Shown here: one piece after another, positions 11,675-24,529 of the stretch
Layout of the letters: each line of letters opens with the position of its first letter
Numbering within the stretch: position 1 is the first letter of the stretch
DNA from: Aplysia californica
Lineage: Eukaryota
Length of the DNA: 64,000 nt
Assembly (NCBI RefSeq): GCF_000002075.1
Contig: NW_004797643.1
Span: 33,085-97,084, forward strand
Reading direction: 5' to 3'
Program-made: the position numbers and the translations under genes
The notes under the pieces: generated by a model
Told to the model about the DNA's origin: nothing
The model's input: only the letters and a program-made list of their open reading frames with translations
The model's database searches: none

Positions 11675-14600
11675 CAGGTGTGGACTGGCCTATGATGGGC
11701 ATTTGGGCAATGCCCCTTGGGCCGGTGCCGAATGGACAAAGTGGGCCGGTGCCGAAGAGGAAAAGTTGGCCGGTGCTGAAAGGACAAAATGGGCCGCTTG
11801 GTTAAAAAAAAATTGTCTTCAGATTACTGTGTTTATAAGACCGGTACATGTGTATATCTACTCCTTTTTCTTCAACGTTTAATTAAGAAATCTACTTGTA
11901 ACCTCGGCGGAAGAAAAAACGTTTTAAAACGTACGAATGTCTATGTCTGCTTTCTAGGGGTTTTTTTTACGTTGAGTAGAAAAAGAATCATAATTGCTTT
12001 TTCCAGCACTGGTAGGCTACTCGTATCTACCATTGTTTGTAGGCCTGAATGGATAAGTAGTAAGGGATAGATCTAAGTCAAACCACAAAAAAGAAAAGGA
12101 GGTGCGGAGAAGGAACGCGATCGAAAGAAAAAGAACTATCTGAAAGTGCATCAAAATGCCGAAATATTTTGAATACATGTATCATCATCCTTCAGAAGAC
12201 AGATTATATTAGAGTGGTGCAACGATATTTCATTCGTGAAGACGGTTCTAACAGATGGTGGCTATTTTGCTACAAAGACTCCCATGCATTTCACTGTTCT
12301 GTCTGCTCGGTGTTTTCTGCCACTTCAGACATATCCGCATTTCTTGGGGGGATGAAAGACTGGCGACATGTACATTCTCGTATTGAACAGCATGAACGTT
12401 CATCTTTGCATCTGCAATGCTCAACAGCATACCTGGTTGATAAAAAACAATCAAGCATTTCTGACGGGTTGGGTAAGGACTACTGTGATGAAGTCAGAAA
12501 GAAACGGCAAGTGATGAATCGAGTTATGGATGTAGACTCATAGGCAAGACGGGACTAAGCTACAGAGGAAGTACGGAAGAGGCAGCCTACACTCTGGACA
12601 ATGCAGAAATTGACCATGGTATTTTCCTGGAAATTGTTAAGTTGCTACACAAATATGATTCATACACAGCTGGTCATCTCTCTCGCGTAGTCCATGGCAG
12701 CAAGACAAAAAATGAGAAGGCAAACGGTTCAGGCAAGAGGCTTATTTGTTACATTTTTGTCCAAAACTACTGTGCCGTCTATCATTACGGTTATTCGGGA
12801 TAAGATCTGTTGCTCCATTTCGGAAGACATAACAGACATGTTTGCTGCGGAAATTGACACAACACAGGACATAGCAACTCAAGACCAGTGCTCCATTGTC
12901 GTTCGATACGTGAATAAAACTGGCAACATCCAAGAAAGATTGGTGAGCATTGTGAAGTGCGAAGAAGCTACCGGCGAAGCTCTTGTGCAGATTGTTTAGG
13001 ACGTTATGCAAGGGTTGAATCTTGACCTCAAACAAGGCGTTGGAGACGCAACAGACGGTGCAGCAAACATGCAGGGACACTAAAGAGGTTTCATTCAATA
13101 CTCTCCTTTCCTTGCATCTGCGTTTGTTGCCATTTTTTGTCCAAAAGTTGCCACAAAAAGTGGCAAAAGTTGCCAAAAAGGTTGCCATTAATTTTCAAGG
13201 TTTCAACTCTCTGTGACGACGTATATATATATATATATATCAATATGTTGATAGAGGTAACAATCTAAAGCCCCAGAATTTCTTGTGCTCTGTTTTAAGC
13301 ACTCAGAATATCATTTGTAGTCACCCAAAGTATAAAAACGTGAAAAATAAAGGTTTCACCACAGAATGAAATCAAAATTAGAACAGCACCAATAAATAAC
13401 CACAAAAATTATTAGGGCGCCTGTCCACCTATCCGAAGATTGGCTGTTTTAACCCTAAACGTGTGTAATTCAGGAAAAAATACGCCCACAGGATATTACA
13501 TGTAAATTATGGAATCACACACAATTGGGCCGTGCCAGTGCCAGTGTCAGTATTCGGTTTTGGTGGAGACACGCTCTAACAAAACCCTTTTTTTTAAAGG
13601 GCAGGAACAGCATTAAATTAAATGACATTACACTGTATAAACACACAAAAAGAAAAACAAACCATCAGAACAGTTTTTAATAAAATTAACACACCAAAAA
13701 ATTAAAACACAAAAAAAGAGGGGAAAACAAAAGACATACACAGCAATATAGAGCTACATGTAGTACGTAATGTAATGTACAGTACTTATAATATAAGTTA
13801 TATTCTCCGCATGAAAAGAGATACACTTGGACATCTTAAAACTTATCAAGATACATGCCTAATATGTTATGAAGTGTCTTTGTTGTTTTGTCTTTTTGTT
13901 TAAAGGTAAAAATCGCGGCCGCGACCAACGCAGATGCTAGGCTTTCAAGCAAAGCTCCAATGCAGAACCATGTTTGGTACCACGCTCATGTGTTGAATTT
14001 TGTTGTTTCGGAGGCCACAATAAGTGCTGTAGTGAACAGTGCATCACTATTTACATCGATGAACGACATTGCAGAGTTCTTCTGGAAGTCTTATCAGCAG
14101 ATCAACATCTGCAGCAGGCACTCGACAACTATGAAGCGTTTGGGGGCCATTGGTGAGACCAGATAGTGGTCAGAAGATGTTGCCTTAAGGAAGGTGTTTG
14201 GTTCTTTCAACAACCCATCAGAAGCTGTTTGTTGAAGTGAACACCAGCCTCAACACTGTACTTATTGCTGACAACACCCAAGCAGTCATGGCGGACTTCG
14301 AAGCTCCTCAAAAGGCAGCAGCAAAGTTTGTTCAGAGGGTAAATCAAGTAAATGATGCACTGAAGGAGAGCGGGACAGATTCGTTCCTGGAAGAGTCGCT
14401 TCCCTTGAAACGGCAAAGACGACGCAGACGAATTGATGATGAATTCTGTACAGACGAAGCTACATCAACAGCTGACCCAATGAAGAAATATCGTATTGAA
14501 GTTTACAATCGAATTGTAGACACGCTTGTTAACAGCATTGAACAAAATTTTTAAAAAATTTGCAGTGCCTAGATCGTTGGCTGATCAGTCCCTTCTTCAT

Positions 14601-15175
14601 CCAAGAAACTTCGGTGAAGTCCCATCAGAGGCTATGGAAGAGCTGCAAAAGTACTTACTGAGATTTGACGATATCGTCACCGCTGAAGGGTTGCGAACAG
14701 AATTGCAAAGCCTTGGAGAACAATGGAAATCGCCGAAGCAGTCAGCTGCAGACCACAATGAGGTGAAAGACAGCGATATTGACAGTGAATTAGAACTAGA
14801 ACTGAGCGCACAAAATGTTTCAAGTTCCACTGTTATATATATATGATGTATGTATCTCATGCAAAGCTTGCCCACTCTGCTTTTACAAGGTCAATGTGCT
14901 ACTCAAGTTGAACCTCTTCACTAATGCTTGCAAAGGCATTGAGGTTGCTTTCAAGCTACTACTAACCCTGCCTGTGTCAAAGGTTGCATGCGAACGGTCG
15001 TTTTCTGTCCTGAAGAGAATCAAAACCCCTCTCCGAAGCACAACGACACCGGAACATCTGATTTGATTTATACTGATGTCAGTGGAAAATGAGATCTTGA
15101 CCAGACTGGACAATGAATTTGATGCTGTGGCCGCCAAAAGCAAAGAACTTCGCAGTCATCTACTCTCTCAGGTAG
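11675..15175 (+). mobile_element. Degenerate hAT DNA transposon (ZMYM1-like/DUF4371 transposase pseudogene)
   Basis: CAGGTGTGGACTGGCC left end with gggccggtgccgaa subterminal repeats. Frameshifted peptide blocks KRKGGAEKER, a TTF-like CSVC...HERSSLH, GLSYRG, DTTQDIATQDQCSIVVRYV, DGAANMQG, HAHVLN, ETR and the dimerisation motif LLTLPVSKVACERSFSVLKRIK. Right TIR not found. Confidence 0.88.
13114..13937. mobile_element. Inverted-repeat-flanked insertion nested in the hAT transposase
   Basis: GCATCTGCGTTTGTTGC at 13114 pairs with GCGACCAACGCAGATGC ending at 13937; the insert separates the ANMQG..RGF and RLSSKAP..HAHVLN blocks. Confidence 0.6.
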
Positions 15176-15499
15176 GCTATGAGAATTTGTTATTTAAAAA
15201 AAATTAGTCCTTTAGTTCCCCAAATCGAAGTCAGTCCTACCCTCCTCTTTTTACAACATGGGACTGTCAGTGCCCCACTCTTCTCCCGCTTCTAGCCTAC
15301 TCAACAACCTGAGCGCACGTACCCACATTACTGCCACTGGTATGCGTATTTACATCAGTAGAGAAATTCCAACATTCAACGTGGATATATGATGTATTAT
15401 CAAGAATTTAGGAAAGTTCAAGAGCTCAGCAGTTTCACTTAAAGGGAAATAATCCAAGCAATACGTTATCACGTTATCATGTTTTGTGCACAGTTGTTG

Positions 15500-15850
15500 T
15501 TCTTCGACCTGTTCCCAGTTCCCGCGGGGAACGTAACCATGCGGGAGTTTGCGAGATATTGTGATTGAGATGAGAATACCTAGGTTTTCTTCGAAGCAGC
15601 CATTTTGTATTTGATAAAATCCTCATCTGGTGTTGTTCCCACCCTGGTAAGTACCGTTCGTCTTAAAATGTTGCTTATTTATCATGTACTTAGTACTTTC
15701 CCAATGTATTGTGGAAAACTATATTCTAGAATTCGTAAACATGAAATTCCTCGAACAGCTCTACACGGTAAGGAGCTGTGAGAGGCTGAAACTTTCGTAC
15801 TTTTTTTTGTTATGAAACTTGTTACGAAACTTTGGCGCGGGATACCCGTT
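15500..15850 (+). promoter_or_regulatory. CpG-rich promoter with E2F-like and YY1-like sites and a 5' splice donor
   Basis: TTCCCGCGGGGAA 15519-15531, GCGGGAG 15541, GCAGCCATTTTG 15596-15607, CTG|GTAAGT donor at 15646/15647, TTTGGCGCGGGA 15831-15842. Confidence 0.6.
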
Positions 15851-16027
15851 GTTACCTTATAATACGCGGCTGTTGGTTAGTAGATCTATTTAGTCATCTA
15901 GTGTTTAGTGTTTACACTTTTCTTCCGCATTTTCTCGACCGAAAAGTGAAAGAAGACACACTACTGTGGCTTACAATAATTTGTTCTCATCATTTACCAA
16001 AGTGTCGAGTGAATTTCTGTTACCGCA

Positions 16028-18100
16028 ATGCAAACCAGGAGCAGGTCTGGTTCAGGGCTGAGAGACTCCAACTTCAAGTTTCAACTGAAGGCGAAGGGTG
16101 TCAGTGTCCCAATCTATAAAGTGAACCTTGCTGCGAGTGCAGGGGAATCAGATCTTCCTCTGTCTCGTTCTCGTAGTCGTAGTAGTAACCGAGTGTCTTC
16201 AACTTCAACCTCACCTGGTTCTGGATTTGGCAGTGGCAGAGACAGGATGTTTGATAGTCGTGATAGGAGAGAAGTGGAAGGCAAGAAGGCTTTTGTAAGT
16301 GTGAGTTCTAGATCTAGAAGCACGAAACGCCCACTTTACCAAATCCACGGAGATGTCTCTCAGAAAGCGAGAGCGGAACTGGCAGGTGAAGGTGGTGGTG
16401 TGGGAACAAGACTTGGTAGAGGTTTGTTAAATAAAAGACGGAAGGTCGATTGGAGTATGTATAATTCTGAAGTACAGGAAAAATCCAGTTGTATTCTCGA
16501 TAGTGAAAGCAAAGAAAATATCAGGACCAATGTAAGCGGCAGGAATTCGGATAGTACGAATAATGTTGATCAACTGGCATTCAAAAACAGTGATCATGAC
16601 AAATGTGGCACGGTAGAGAAGGATAATATCGGTTTTGTCAAGGTTGCTGAAGATGAATCTGATATTTCAGACGATGAAAATGAAGAATCTTTAGACTATG
16701 TTCGTATGCGTGAAGCGAACATGAAAGCAAATGAGGAATTCTTTGCTAGCTTGGGAATGGATGAAGCCAAAAAACAGCTTCAGGCCTCGGCACTGAACAA
16801 ACCTGAGAAAAAGTACACTCCTACTCAAAAAGGGCTAAGAATTAAGAAGGAGCCAGAGATGATTGTCAGAAGGCAAAGTATGAGAATTCGTCGTATTGAT
16901 CCGAAGGGAACTCCTTTGCCAGAGCCTGAGCCGGTTGAAGAAAATGTGGCCGAACCACGACTGCCAGACGGGCCTGTACCCATGAAAGACTGTATTTTTT
17001 CGAAAGCAGAAAACATCACAGAGAAAGATGTTACATCATTTTCGACTGTCATCTGTAAACAGACTTTGGATGGGAAATCTGCCTCATCGAACATTACGTC
17101 CCTGACAAAGTCACTGAACAAAGTGTGCATGAATGAAAACAGAGTTGCCAAAGTTGTGCCAGGCAGGGTATTCTCTGTATCATGGCACCCATCGCCGTCA
17201 TGTTTGTTAACCGCTGCTGGTGACAAGTATGGCCATGTTGGTTTATGGAATGTTGGGAGTAGTGGGAGAGATGATGTTGAAAGTGTGTTGGTGTTCAAAC
17301 CTCACATTAAGCCAGTCAGCCATCTCTTCTTCCAACCAGGTCATCACAAGCTGTTCTCGTGTAGTTATGATGCCACTCTCCGATGTGGAGACTTTGAAAA
17401 AGGCGTGTTTGACGAAGTTTTTTCAGTACCAGAACAAAACGATGACTTGCTTCGCAATTTTGATTTCATCGATGACGGCAACACAATGCTTGTGTCTCAG
17501 TATAGCGGCATGGTTTCAATGGTGGACACTAGAACGCCGGGAAGCTCTGCAGAGCACGAGTATAACGTCAGCAGAAAGAGCCTTCGAACAGTCAGCGTTC
17601 ACCCAGTCGATCAACATTATTTCATCACTGCTGGGGTGGAGGCAAAGATCAACTTGTGGGACCTTCGTAACATCAACGCTAAGACACCCAAACCACTCCA
17701 GACTTTGTCGCACCACACCAAAGCAATCTCCAGTGCTTATTTCTCTCCAAATGGGGGCAAAATTCTGTCCTGTTCCTCCGATGATACAATTGTTGTGTCT
17801 GATGTCGGGGAAGGAATACGCCTGAAGCTTTCAAAAAGCATTCGCCACAACAACTGGACAGGGAGGTGGCTCACCAACTTCCGACCCACATGGCATCCTT
17901 TCGTGGAGGATGTATTCGTGACGGGCTCCATGCGGCGGCCTCGTGAGATTGAAATTTACAACACCAATGGAACTTTGATCAAAGCCTTGCAAAATGAAGA
18001 CTACCTGGGCTCTGTTTGTAGCCTGAATGAGTTCCATCCTCAGCTGGAGTGTGCTGTGGTCGGGGCCAACTCCAGTGGAAGACTTCACGTGTTCATGTGA
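16028..18100 (+). CDS. WDR76: WD repeat-containing protein 76 (CMR1/DDB2-related), intronless ORF of 690 aa
   Basis: Conserved Y..MREANMKANEEFFASLG helix, RRQSMRIR, KVVPGRVFSVSWHP, AAGDKYGHVGLWN, SYDATLRCGDF, IRHNNWTGRWLTNFRPTWHP and GANSSGRLHVF C-terminus, all typical of WDR76/Cmr1. Confidence 0.93.
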   Translation: MQTRSRSGSGLRDSNFKFQLKAKGVSVPIYKVNLAASAGESDLPLSRSRSRSSNRVSSTSTSPGSGFGSGRDRMFDSRDRREVEGKKAFVSVSSRSRSTKRPLYQIHGDVSQKARAELAGEGGGVGTRLGRGLLNKRRKVDWSMYNSEVQEKSSCILDSESKENIRTNVSGRNSDSTNNVDQLAFKNSDHDKCGTVEKDNIGFVKVAEDESDISDDENEESLDYVRMREANMKANEEFFASLGMDEAKKQLQASALNKPEKKYTPTQKGLRIKKEPEMIVRRQSMRIRRIDPKGTPLPEPEPVEENVAEPRLPDGPVPMKDCIFSKAENITEKDVTSFSTVICKQTLDGKSASSNITSLTKSLNKVCMNENRVAKVVPGRVFSVSWHPSPSCLLTAAGDKYGHVGLWNVGSSGRDDVESVLVFKPHIKPVSHLFFQPGHHKLFSCSYDATLRCGDFEKGVFDEVFSVPEQNDDLLRNFDFIDDGNTMLVSQYSGMVSMVDTRTPGSSAEHEYNVSRKSLRTVSVHPVDQHYFITAGVEAKINLWDLRNINAKTPKPLQTLSHHTKAISSAYFSPNGGKILSCSSDDTIVVSDVGEGIRLKLSKSIRHNNWTGRWLTNFRPTWHPFVEDVFVTGSMRRPREIEIYNTNGTLIKALQNEDYLGSVCSLNEFHPQLECAVVGANSSGRLHVFM

Positions 18101-18472
18101 AATGTGTGTTGTCTTGTACATTAGTGTTATCTTATGAACCCAGCTGGGTGGAGCATGCCGTTTTTACAAATTGTTGATGATGTGTAATCTCTATGTCGGA
18201 CCTTTTTGTTTTCATGAAGATAGTTTATTGTCAAATGATGTAAGTTTGAGATTTGTTTGTGTGAGAATTTTTTACTCTTGTGGTTCAACTTATCAAAATC
18301 AAGTTGTTCTAAACTTGGCTAATTTAACTGATTATAATGTATTCTTTGGAATATTTCTTCTTTTAAGTACCATACTTTTACTTTTAGTATTTCCACAGGA
18401 ATTTTAGGAAGGGGGGGGGGTGCATTGTGTTTAGTCATGGGAGTAATGCTGATTTTAAGGAATCTCTAGATA

Positions 18473-19268
18473 CAGTAGAATACACGGCTCTAGGGGGACT
18501 TTTGGTTCCAGCAGAAAAATCCCGCTGTAGGCGAGTTCCTGCCGTAGGAATACAAAGGGGAAATTACCGAAAAATTTAAAAAAATCCACATGATTACATC
18601 CCTTCCATATATATCAATCAAATTTGCGCTTTAGATTAGTCTTCTTTTCTTGTCAACTCCTTTGATTATAATTTTGGATTTTAATTTGAGTGAGAAGCAT
18701 TTCCTTTTTCGTCTTTGTTTGAGTTTGAAGCCATCTTTTCCTCGACTTTTTGCTTTTGTGCTGTCTATCATACTGGTAGGCCTATATAGTAGGACTGGTA
18801 AAGTGGATGTGTGCGTATGCCTGAGCATCAATGATCGCAATTCAATGAATCAGGAATTATACACTACACACTCTCCTCTTCTTTTACTTTTTGGCTTAGC
18901 CTCTAGGGCTATGGCCTAATGCTCTTTATACGGTACTGAGCGTCAAGGCTAAGGCACATCACTCACTTTAAATTTTGGAGTGGCTCATGTAACGCGTCTC
19001 TCTGCTGCCTGCCTCACCTTACTCATTACTGGACTGGCCAATCACACGCCCCACCCCTGGATGCCTGTTTGGATCCCGCCTACAGCTCCCCAACCCACTT
19101 CCCCACAGATAGAGCTCGCTCGATCTCTCCTGCTGTATTCAAGTTCGGGCATTTCTGTGCCCCGTTAAAGCCGAGCACATATCGTTGAGTTTGCATAGAG
19201 AAATAAAAGGGGGATTCCGGTAAGGTCCCGCTGTGCACAGCGGTTGCTGCTATAGTCATGTTTTACTG
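18473..19268. mobile_element. Tc1/pogo-type MITE, family A copy 2
   Basis: TA|CAGTAGAATAC...GTTTTACTG ends; internal similarity to 6586-7245. Confidence 0.75.
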
Positions 19269-20060
19269 AATAGATCTACAACTTTTTTGGAGTGGTTCAC
19301 ATAACGCGTCTCTTTCCGCACCATCTCTCTCTCTGCCTACCGTGTGCCCCACCTCACTCATCACTGGACTAGCAAATCACAACTCCACACCACTGACTGC
19401 CTGTTTGGAGCCCGTCAACAGNNNNNNNNNNNNNNNNNNNNNNNNNNNNNNNNNNNNNNNNNNNNNNNNNNNNNNNNNNNNNNNNNNNNNNNNNNNNNNN
19501 NNNNNNNNNNNNNNNNNNNNNNNNNNNNNNNNNNNNNNNNNNNNNNNNNNNNNNNNNNNNNNNNNNNNNNNNNNNNNNNNNNNNNNNNNNNNNNNNNNNN
19601 NNNNNNNNNNNNNNNNNNNNNNNNNNNNNNNNNNNNNNNNNNNNNNNNNNNNNNNNNNNNNNNNNNNNNNNNNNNNNNNNNNNNNNNNNNNNNNNNNGGG
19701 GGGCAAGGGTTTTCTTTCATGCAGAATTTCAGAGGGAAGGTGTACTTCACAGGGAAATGAAATTATTGCAAAAAGTTTTGAATTTTGCTCCAAATTCACC
19801 GAGAGATAGGACGTAACCTGCATGTAATGTTTTGTAGGCCACCAGAATTGGCAAATTTTGCTAACGTCTGTGACATCCATGGTGAGGGGAAAAGGGTAGA
19901 ATGCGAAACTAAAAATGAATCATTTTAGGATCTTCATAGTATTCATAGGGGGCAGTGAATGGATAAAGCATTATTTAATATAATACGGTACTTTCACATT
20001 CTTTGGTTAAAAAATTTAAAAGTTTTTGTACTGTTTAACCTCCATCTCTAATTTTTAATA

Positions 20061-20782
20061 CAGTCTGTGCCGGCATGAAACACGTTTTGGACTCAAGCAC
20101 GCTAAACGGCTCTTACCGAATTTTTGCTATTATCTATAAATTACACGCCTTTAAGCACAGTAGCTTTGGTTTCAGACACGCTTCATGTATTATTAGACAG
20201 TCTATATTTTCATGATGACCCATCAAAGTTCGAATAGTCTACACTGCAGCAGTTAGTGTGTAAAAGAGAAACACAAAGAACACAAGTGATGGAGACACAC
20301 ATATACACACGCATGGAGAGGCAGGCAGAGAGATGCACATAGCCGTGCGCATGGATATGGTATCTAGCCTATGGCAAAGCTTCACACAGACTAAAGAAAT
20401 ACTGAGTCGAGGAGACGAGAAAGGGAAGCTGGCTGCGATTTCATCTTTGCCCCTCGCTATCCAATAATCTTGATATGTATCATGAGGTGGGATGAATTTT
20501 AAGGCGGTGGTATGAATGTGGTACGCACAGGCAGTGTGTAGGCCAAGGGTGCTGCATCGTGACTTGCCATCTAAATTAAGTTTTCCTTTCCCATTCGACC
20601 ACAAAACAAACGAACAAAAACTACCTTGGCAGATAAAAATGACAGCGCACACTTTTACGTGTCCACTACTTTCGAACTCAGGAAATTTTCTATGACAATG
20701 TCGACTTCGCACTAAGCACGCTTCGACATTAAGCACGCTTATGCTTTCTCCCGATGACCATGCTTAAAGCCGGCATGGACTA
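20061..20782. mobile_element. MITE with terminal inverted repeats
   Basis: CAGTCTGTGCCGGC...GCCGGCATGGACTA ends; internal ttaagcacgc repeats. Confidence 0.55.
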
Positions 20783-22148
20783 CATGATCTGTTTTTCATG
20801 CACAATATTATAACACGCATATGTAATCACATATTCGTCGAACTGTGACTGGGGTCTGTTTTTTTTTTCCTTTGAATCTTTGTAAGGTCAGGTGTATCCC
20901 TTGGACAACTGAAGCAGGTCCTGACGAATTCGAGCTATCCGTGTTATAGTTATACTTATACTGTATTTCTTCATTAGTTGAATATATCACATGTCATTAT
21001 AATACATAAAAACGTAGTTAGTGATAGTTGCTGCTGCATTATTATATTAACTTTTTTGTTTGTTACTGTAACATTATCACACAATGAACGTCAGAGTCCC
21101 CAACAAACTATTGTTGCTGCGCTCAGGGCAGATTTTTTTTGGTTAATTTTTTTTATCGCTTTGTTTTGTGCCACTGGCTACACCTGTGTATTTTCATCCC
21201 ATTTTTATAAAAAGTTTTTAGCTTTTATTGAGTTTTAATACACTTACATTAATTTTTTAGTTGACTACCAAATATACAGCATAAAATTTACTCATAATTC
21301 ATCATGCTAAAACTCATAGCACTGTTAATATACAATGTACAATGTGAAAAGAGTATCAGGATGTCCTTTTCCCCTTTATCATCTGTCTCTATAGTTGGCA
21401 ATGTTTTATTTTATTTCTTCCAAGAGAGTGTAGTTCCAAAGTGTCTTGCGTAAAATTTGGCCTTTCTACTGTCTGGCACATAACAAACTCAAAATAAGGG
21501 ATAGAAGCTTTTTTTTTTTATCCGCTTACCAACTATGGATGTTTGGAACAGATATTATTTGTAATGTGTCCAATCCCCAATGTGTTTTGAGATAACTGTG
21601 CTCAACTGTACGTTTAAATTCTTAACTTTCTGTGATGTGTAAGTTAGGGTAAGTGTTGAGGTTGCTTATGTTTGATTGTATTTTCATAGTTTCATTACTG
21701 CTTCTGCTTTACACAGTTTTCAACTTTAACACATTTTGGTCTTTGACCGTTTAGAAGGGTATGGGTGGTTATTAATATTGAAGAATGCTTTTTTTTTTCT
21801 TATTATCTAAAATTTTCTCTATTTTACCATTAAACCAGTGTTTTTAGAGATTGGATTGTAATTGTCAGAGGTTCTGTGAGTTGAAATTTTTTTTGAACTT
21901 TGTTATAATGCAAAAGATCATTTTGATTTAAAGACTAATTTTTTTTTTCAATGTTCATTTGTGTGTGTGTTCTGGTATACATTTATTGAAAATTACATGT
22001 TACTGCCAGATCACAGGCTTTGTCAAATGCAATCTGCTTGAAATCTACAAGTTGTGAGTGGTGAGGTGGGATGGCAAATACAGTATTTGTAAGGTGTTTC
22101 TTGAATTGGCAAAACCTGGCTGTTTACTATAAATTGTGGGGGTTTTTT

Positions 22149-24350
22149 AGTAAGGTTTGATCAAATATAGTGGCTTATTATTTCCTTTTTGTTTTTATCC
22201 GGGTATCTAAAAGTCAACATATTTCAATATAGTTTTTTTTCCCCAAGGAATTGGTCAAATACTGACAGAGGTTAGCTAAATGAAGAATAAAATCTGAACT
22301 AATTTGGGTCAAGAAACTTGAAAAGTTGAATTTCAAAATGTTCTAATTGCTTTGTTGGAATGATGAATGAAGTATCATGTTATAGTTGTTTTTGTTTTTT
22401 AAGATTTGAATGTATTGACCACATTGACTGTCCTGAAGAAGGACTTCAAGATTGTTTTTGTGTAAAAAAATGTTGCATTTTTGTTTGTTGATTCTTTTTC
22501 ACTTCCATGAGAGTATTGAAAGATGTTTCCGTTCTAATGTTTCGTGTGTATTGGCATTCTTACCTGTTTTGGTGCTAAGATAGAAACATTTATTATAATA
22601 ATAACAGTGGAAACCTGATATAACAGGGATGGTGGGACCAGACTGACATCGTAGTTTTCTGCATGGAAAATTTCAAAATTTTGCGCAGAATTTTACCCCC
22701 AAAATGACCAAATTCTGCAAAAGTTCTGCTAAGATTGCGACCATGTCTAAACTTCTTTTTCTGTACAGCTTTAAATACAGTGGAATCCTGTTATAACGAG
22801 AGGGAGGGGACCGGAGCAAAATGTCCGCTATAGCAGGATTCTCGCTATAAGGGATCCAGTAATAAATTCAAGGGAAACTGTAAAGTAGGCCTAGTCTATG
22901 GGTTTGGTATTCTGTTTATTTCCTTTTGCTGTCTCCCCTGATGATGATTTTGTTTCAACATGACCTCTGGGTCTTACTTGATCAAAAATCGAATCAGGTT
23001 TCTTTCTCTAGCGCTAGATCTAACGATGTTGACTGACAGCTCGGCGTTGGCGATCAGAAAGAAATGGCTCTGGGCTAACTCACCCGCTGTGTTTTCCCCC
23101 TACCCCACCACACCCTGTGGTGCATTCCGTCAGCTTGCGCACGTCACACATTCACTCCATCCATCACATTGCTGTGACCTCTCCATCCCTGCATCGGAGA
23201 AGTGAGAGGCATGGTAGGCCTTGATAATCTAAACTTGGCATACGCTAGCCTATCCTGCGATGCATTCTGTTTGTCTGTGCATGCCACACCCTCCCTACTC
23301 AGTCGCTCTGGCCTTCAATACTTCATTGTTGATACGCAATGGGCTCCCCCATTCTTTGTTTCGCTAGATCACCTACTAGTTTGTCAACTGGCGAGGTTTT
23401 ACATTATGTATAATTGGCCCATGCACTGCGCACAGCAGCATCAATATTCCGCTATAACCGACTCGTGTGTTTGTCTGATTGCGCTCTATAGCAGTATTTT
23501 ATTTACAAAGGAAAAGAGGAAAAAACGGGGTTTTAGAATAGGGTCTTTATAACAGACTTCTCGTTTTTTCCGGACTCGTTATAAGTGGACTCCACTGTAA
23601 GTACCAATTAAGTACCAATTAATCATAACCTGATAAGCAGCACTACAGACACCTTACATTTTTTTTGATAACCAGCAACAGTAAGGTTTGATCGAATATA
23701 GTGGCTTATTATTTTGTTTTTGTTTTTATCCGGGTATCTTTAAAAGTCAACATTCAATACAGTTTTTTTCCCCAAGGAATTGGTCAAGTATTGACAGGAT
23801 AGCTGACTGAAGAATGAAATCAGAACTAATGTGGGTCAAGAAACTTGAAAAAGTTGAATTTCAAAATGTTCTAATTGCTTTGTTGGAATGATGAATGAAG
23901 TAGCATGTTATAGTGTTCTTTTTTTGAAGATTTGAATGTATTGGCCACATTGACTGTCCTGAAGTAGAAGGACTTCAAGATTATTTTTGTGTAAAAAAAA
24001 TGTTGCATTTTTGTTTGTTGATTCTTTTTCACTTCCATGAGAGTATTGAAAGATGTTTCCGTTCAAATGTTTCCTGTGCATTGTCATTCTTACCTGTTTC
24101 GGTGCTAAGATAGAAACATTTATAATAATAACAGTGGAAACCTGATATAACAGGGATGGTGGGACCAGACTGACATCGTAGTTTTCTGCATGGAAAATTT
24201 CAAAATTCTGCGCAGAATTTTACGCCTAAAATGACCAAATTCTGCAAAGATTGTGACCATGTCCAAACTTCTTTTTCTGTACAGCTTTAAATATATAAGT
24301 ACCAATTTAGTACCAATTAATCATAACCTGAGAAGTAGCACTATAGAAAG
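22149..24350. repeat. Tandem duplication of a ~680 bp unit: copy 1 at 22149-23670 carries a MITE, copy 2 is at 23681-24350
   Basis: Near-identical blocks running from gtaaggtttgatc...gtggcttattattt to tcataacctga...gcactac/tag. Confidence 0.85.
22778..23597. mobile_element. Tc1/pogo-type MITE
   Basis: TA|CAGTGGAATCCTGTTATAACGAG...CTCGTTATAAGTGGACTCCACTG|TA. Confidence 0.85.
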
Positions 24351-24529
24351 TACATAAAAAAAAAAAAAACGGCAATTAGCAGCATACAATCTGTACTATT
24401 TTTTAGAAATGCAAGCCCACAACATAAAATGCTAACAAAAGTGTTACCCAAAGAAATGAGACACTATACCGGTAATGTCAAAATCAGGTGAGCTGGCACT
24501 TTGAGCTAATAGTATGTCACTGAATTGAT

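Noticed and set aside
12050-15170. Domesticated ZMYM1/FAM200-like host gene
   Set aside because: Multiple stops, frameshifts and an 800-bp insertion mark it as a dead transposon.
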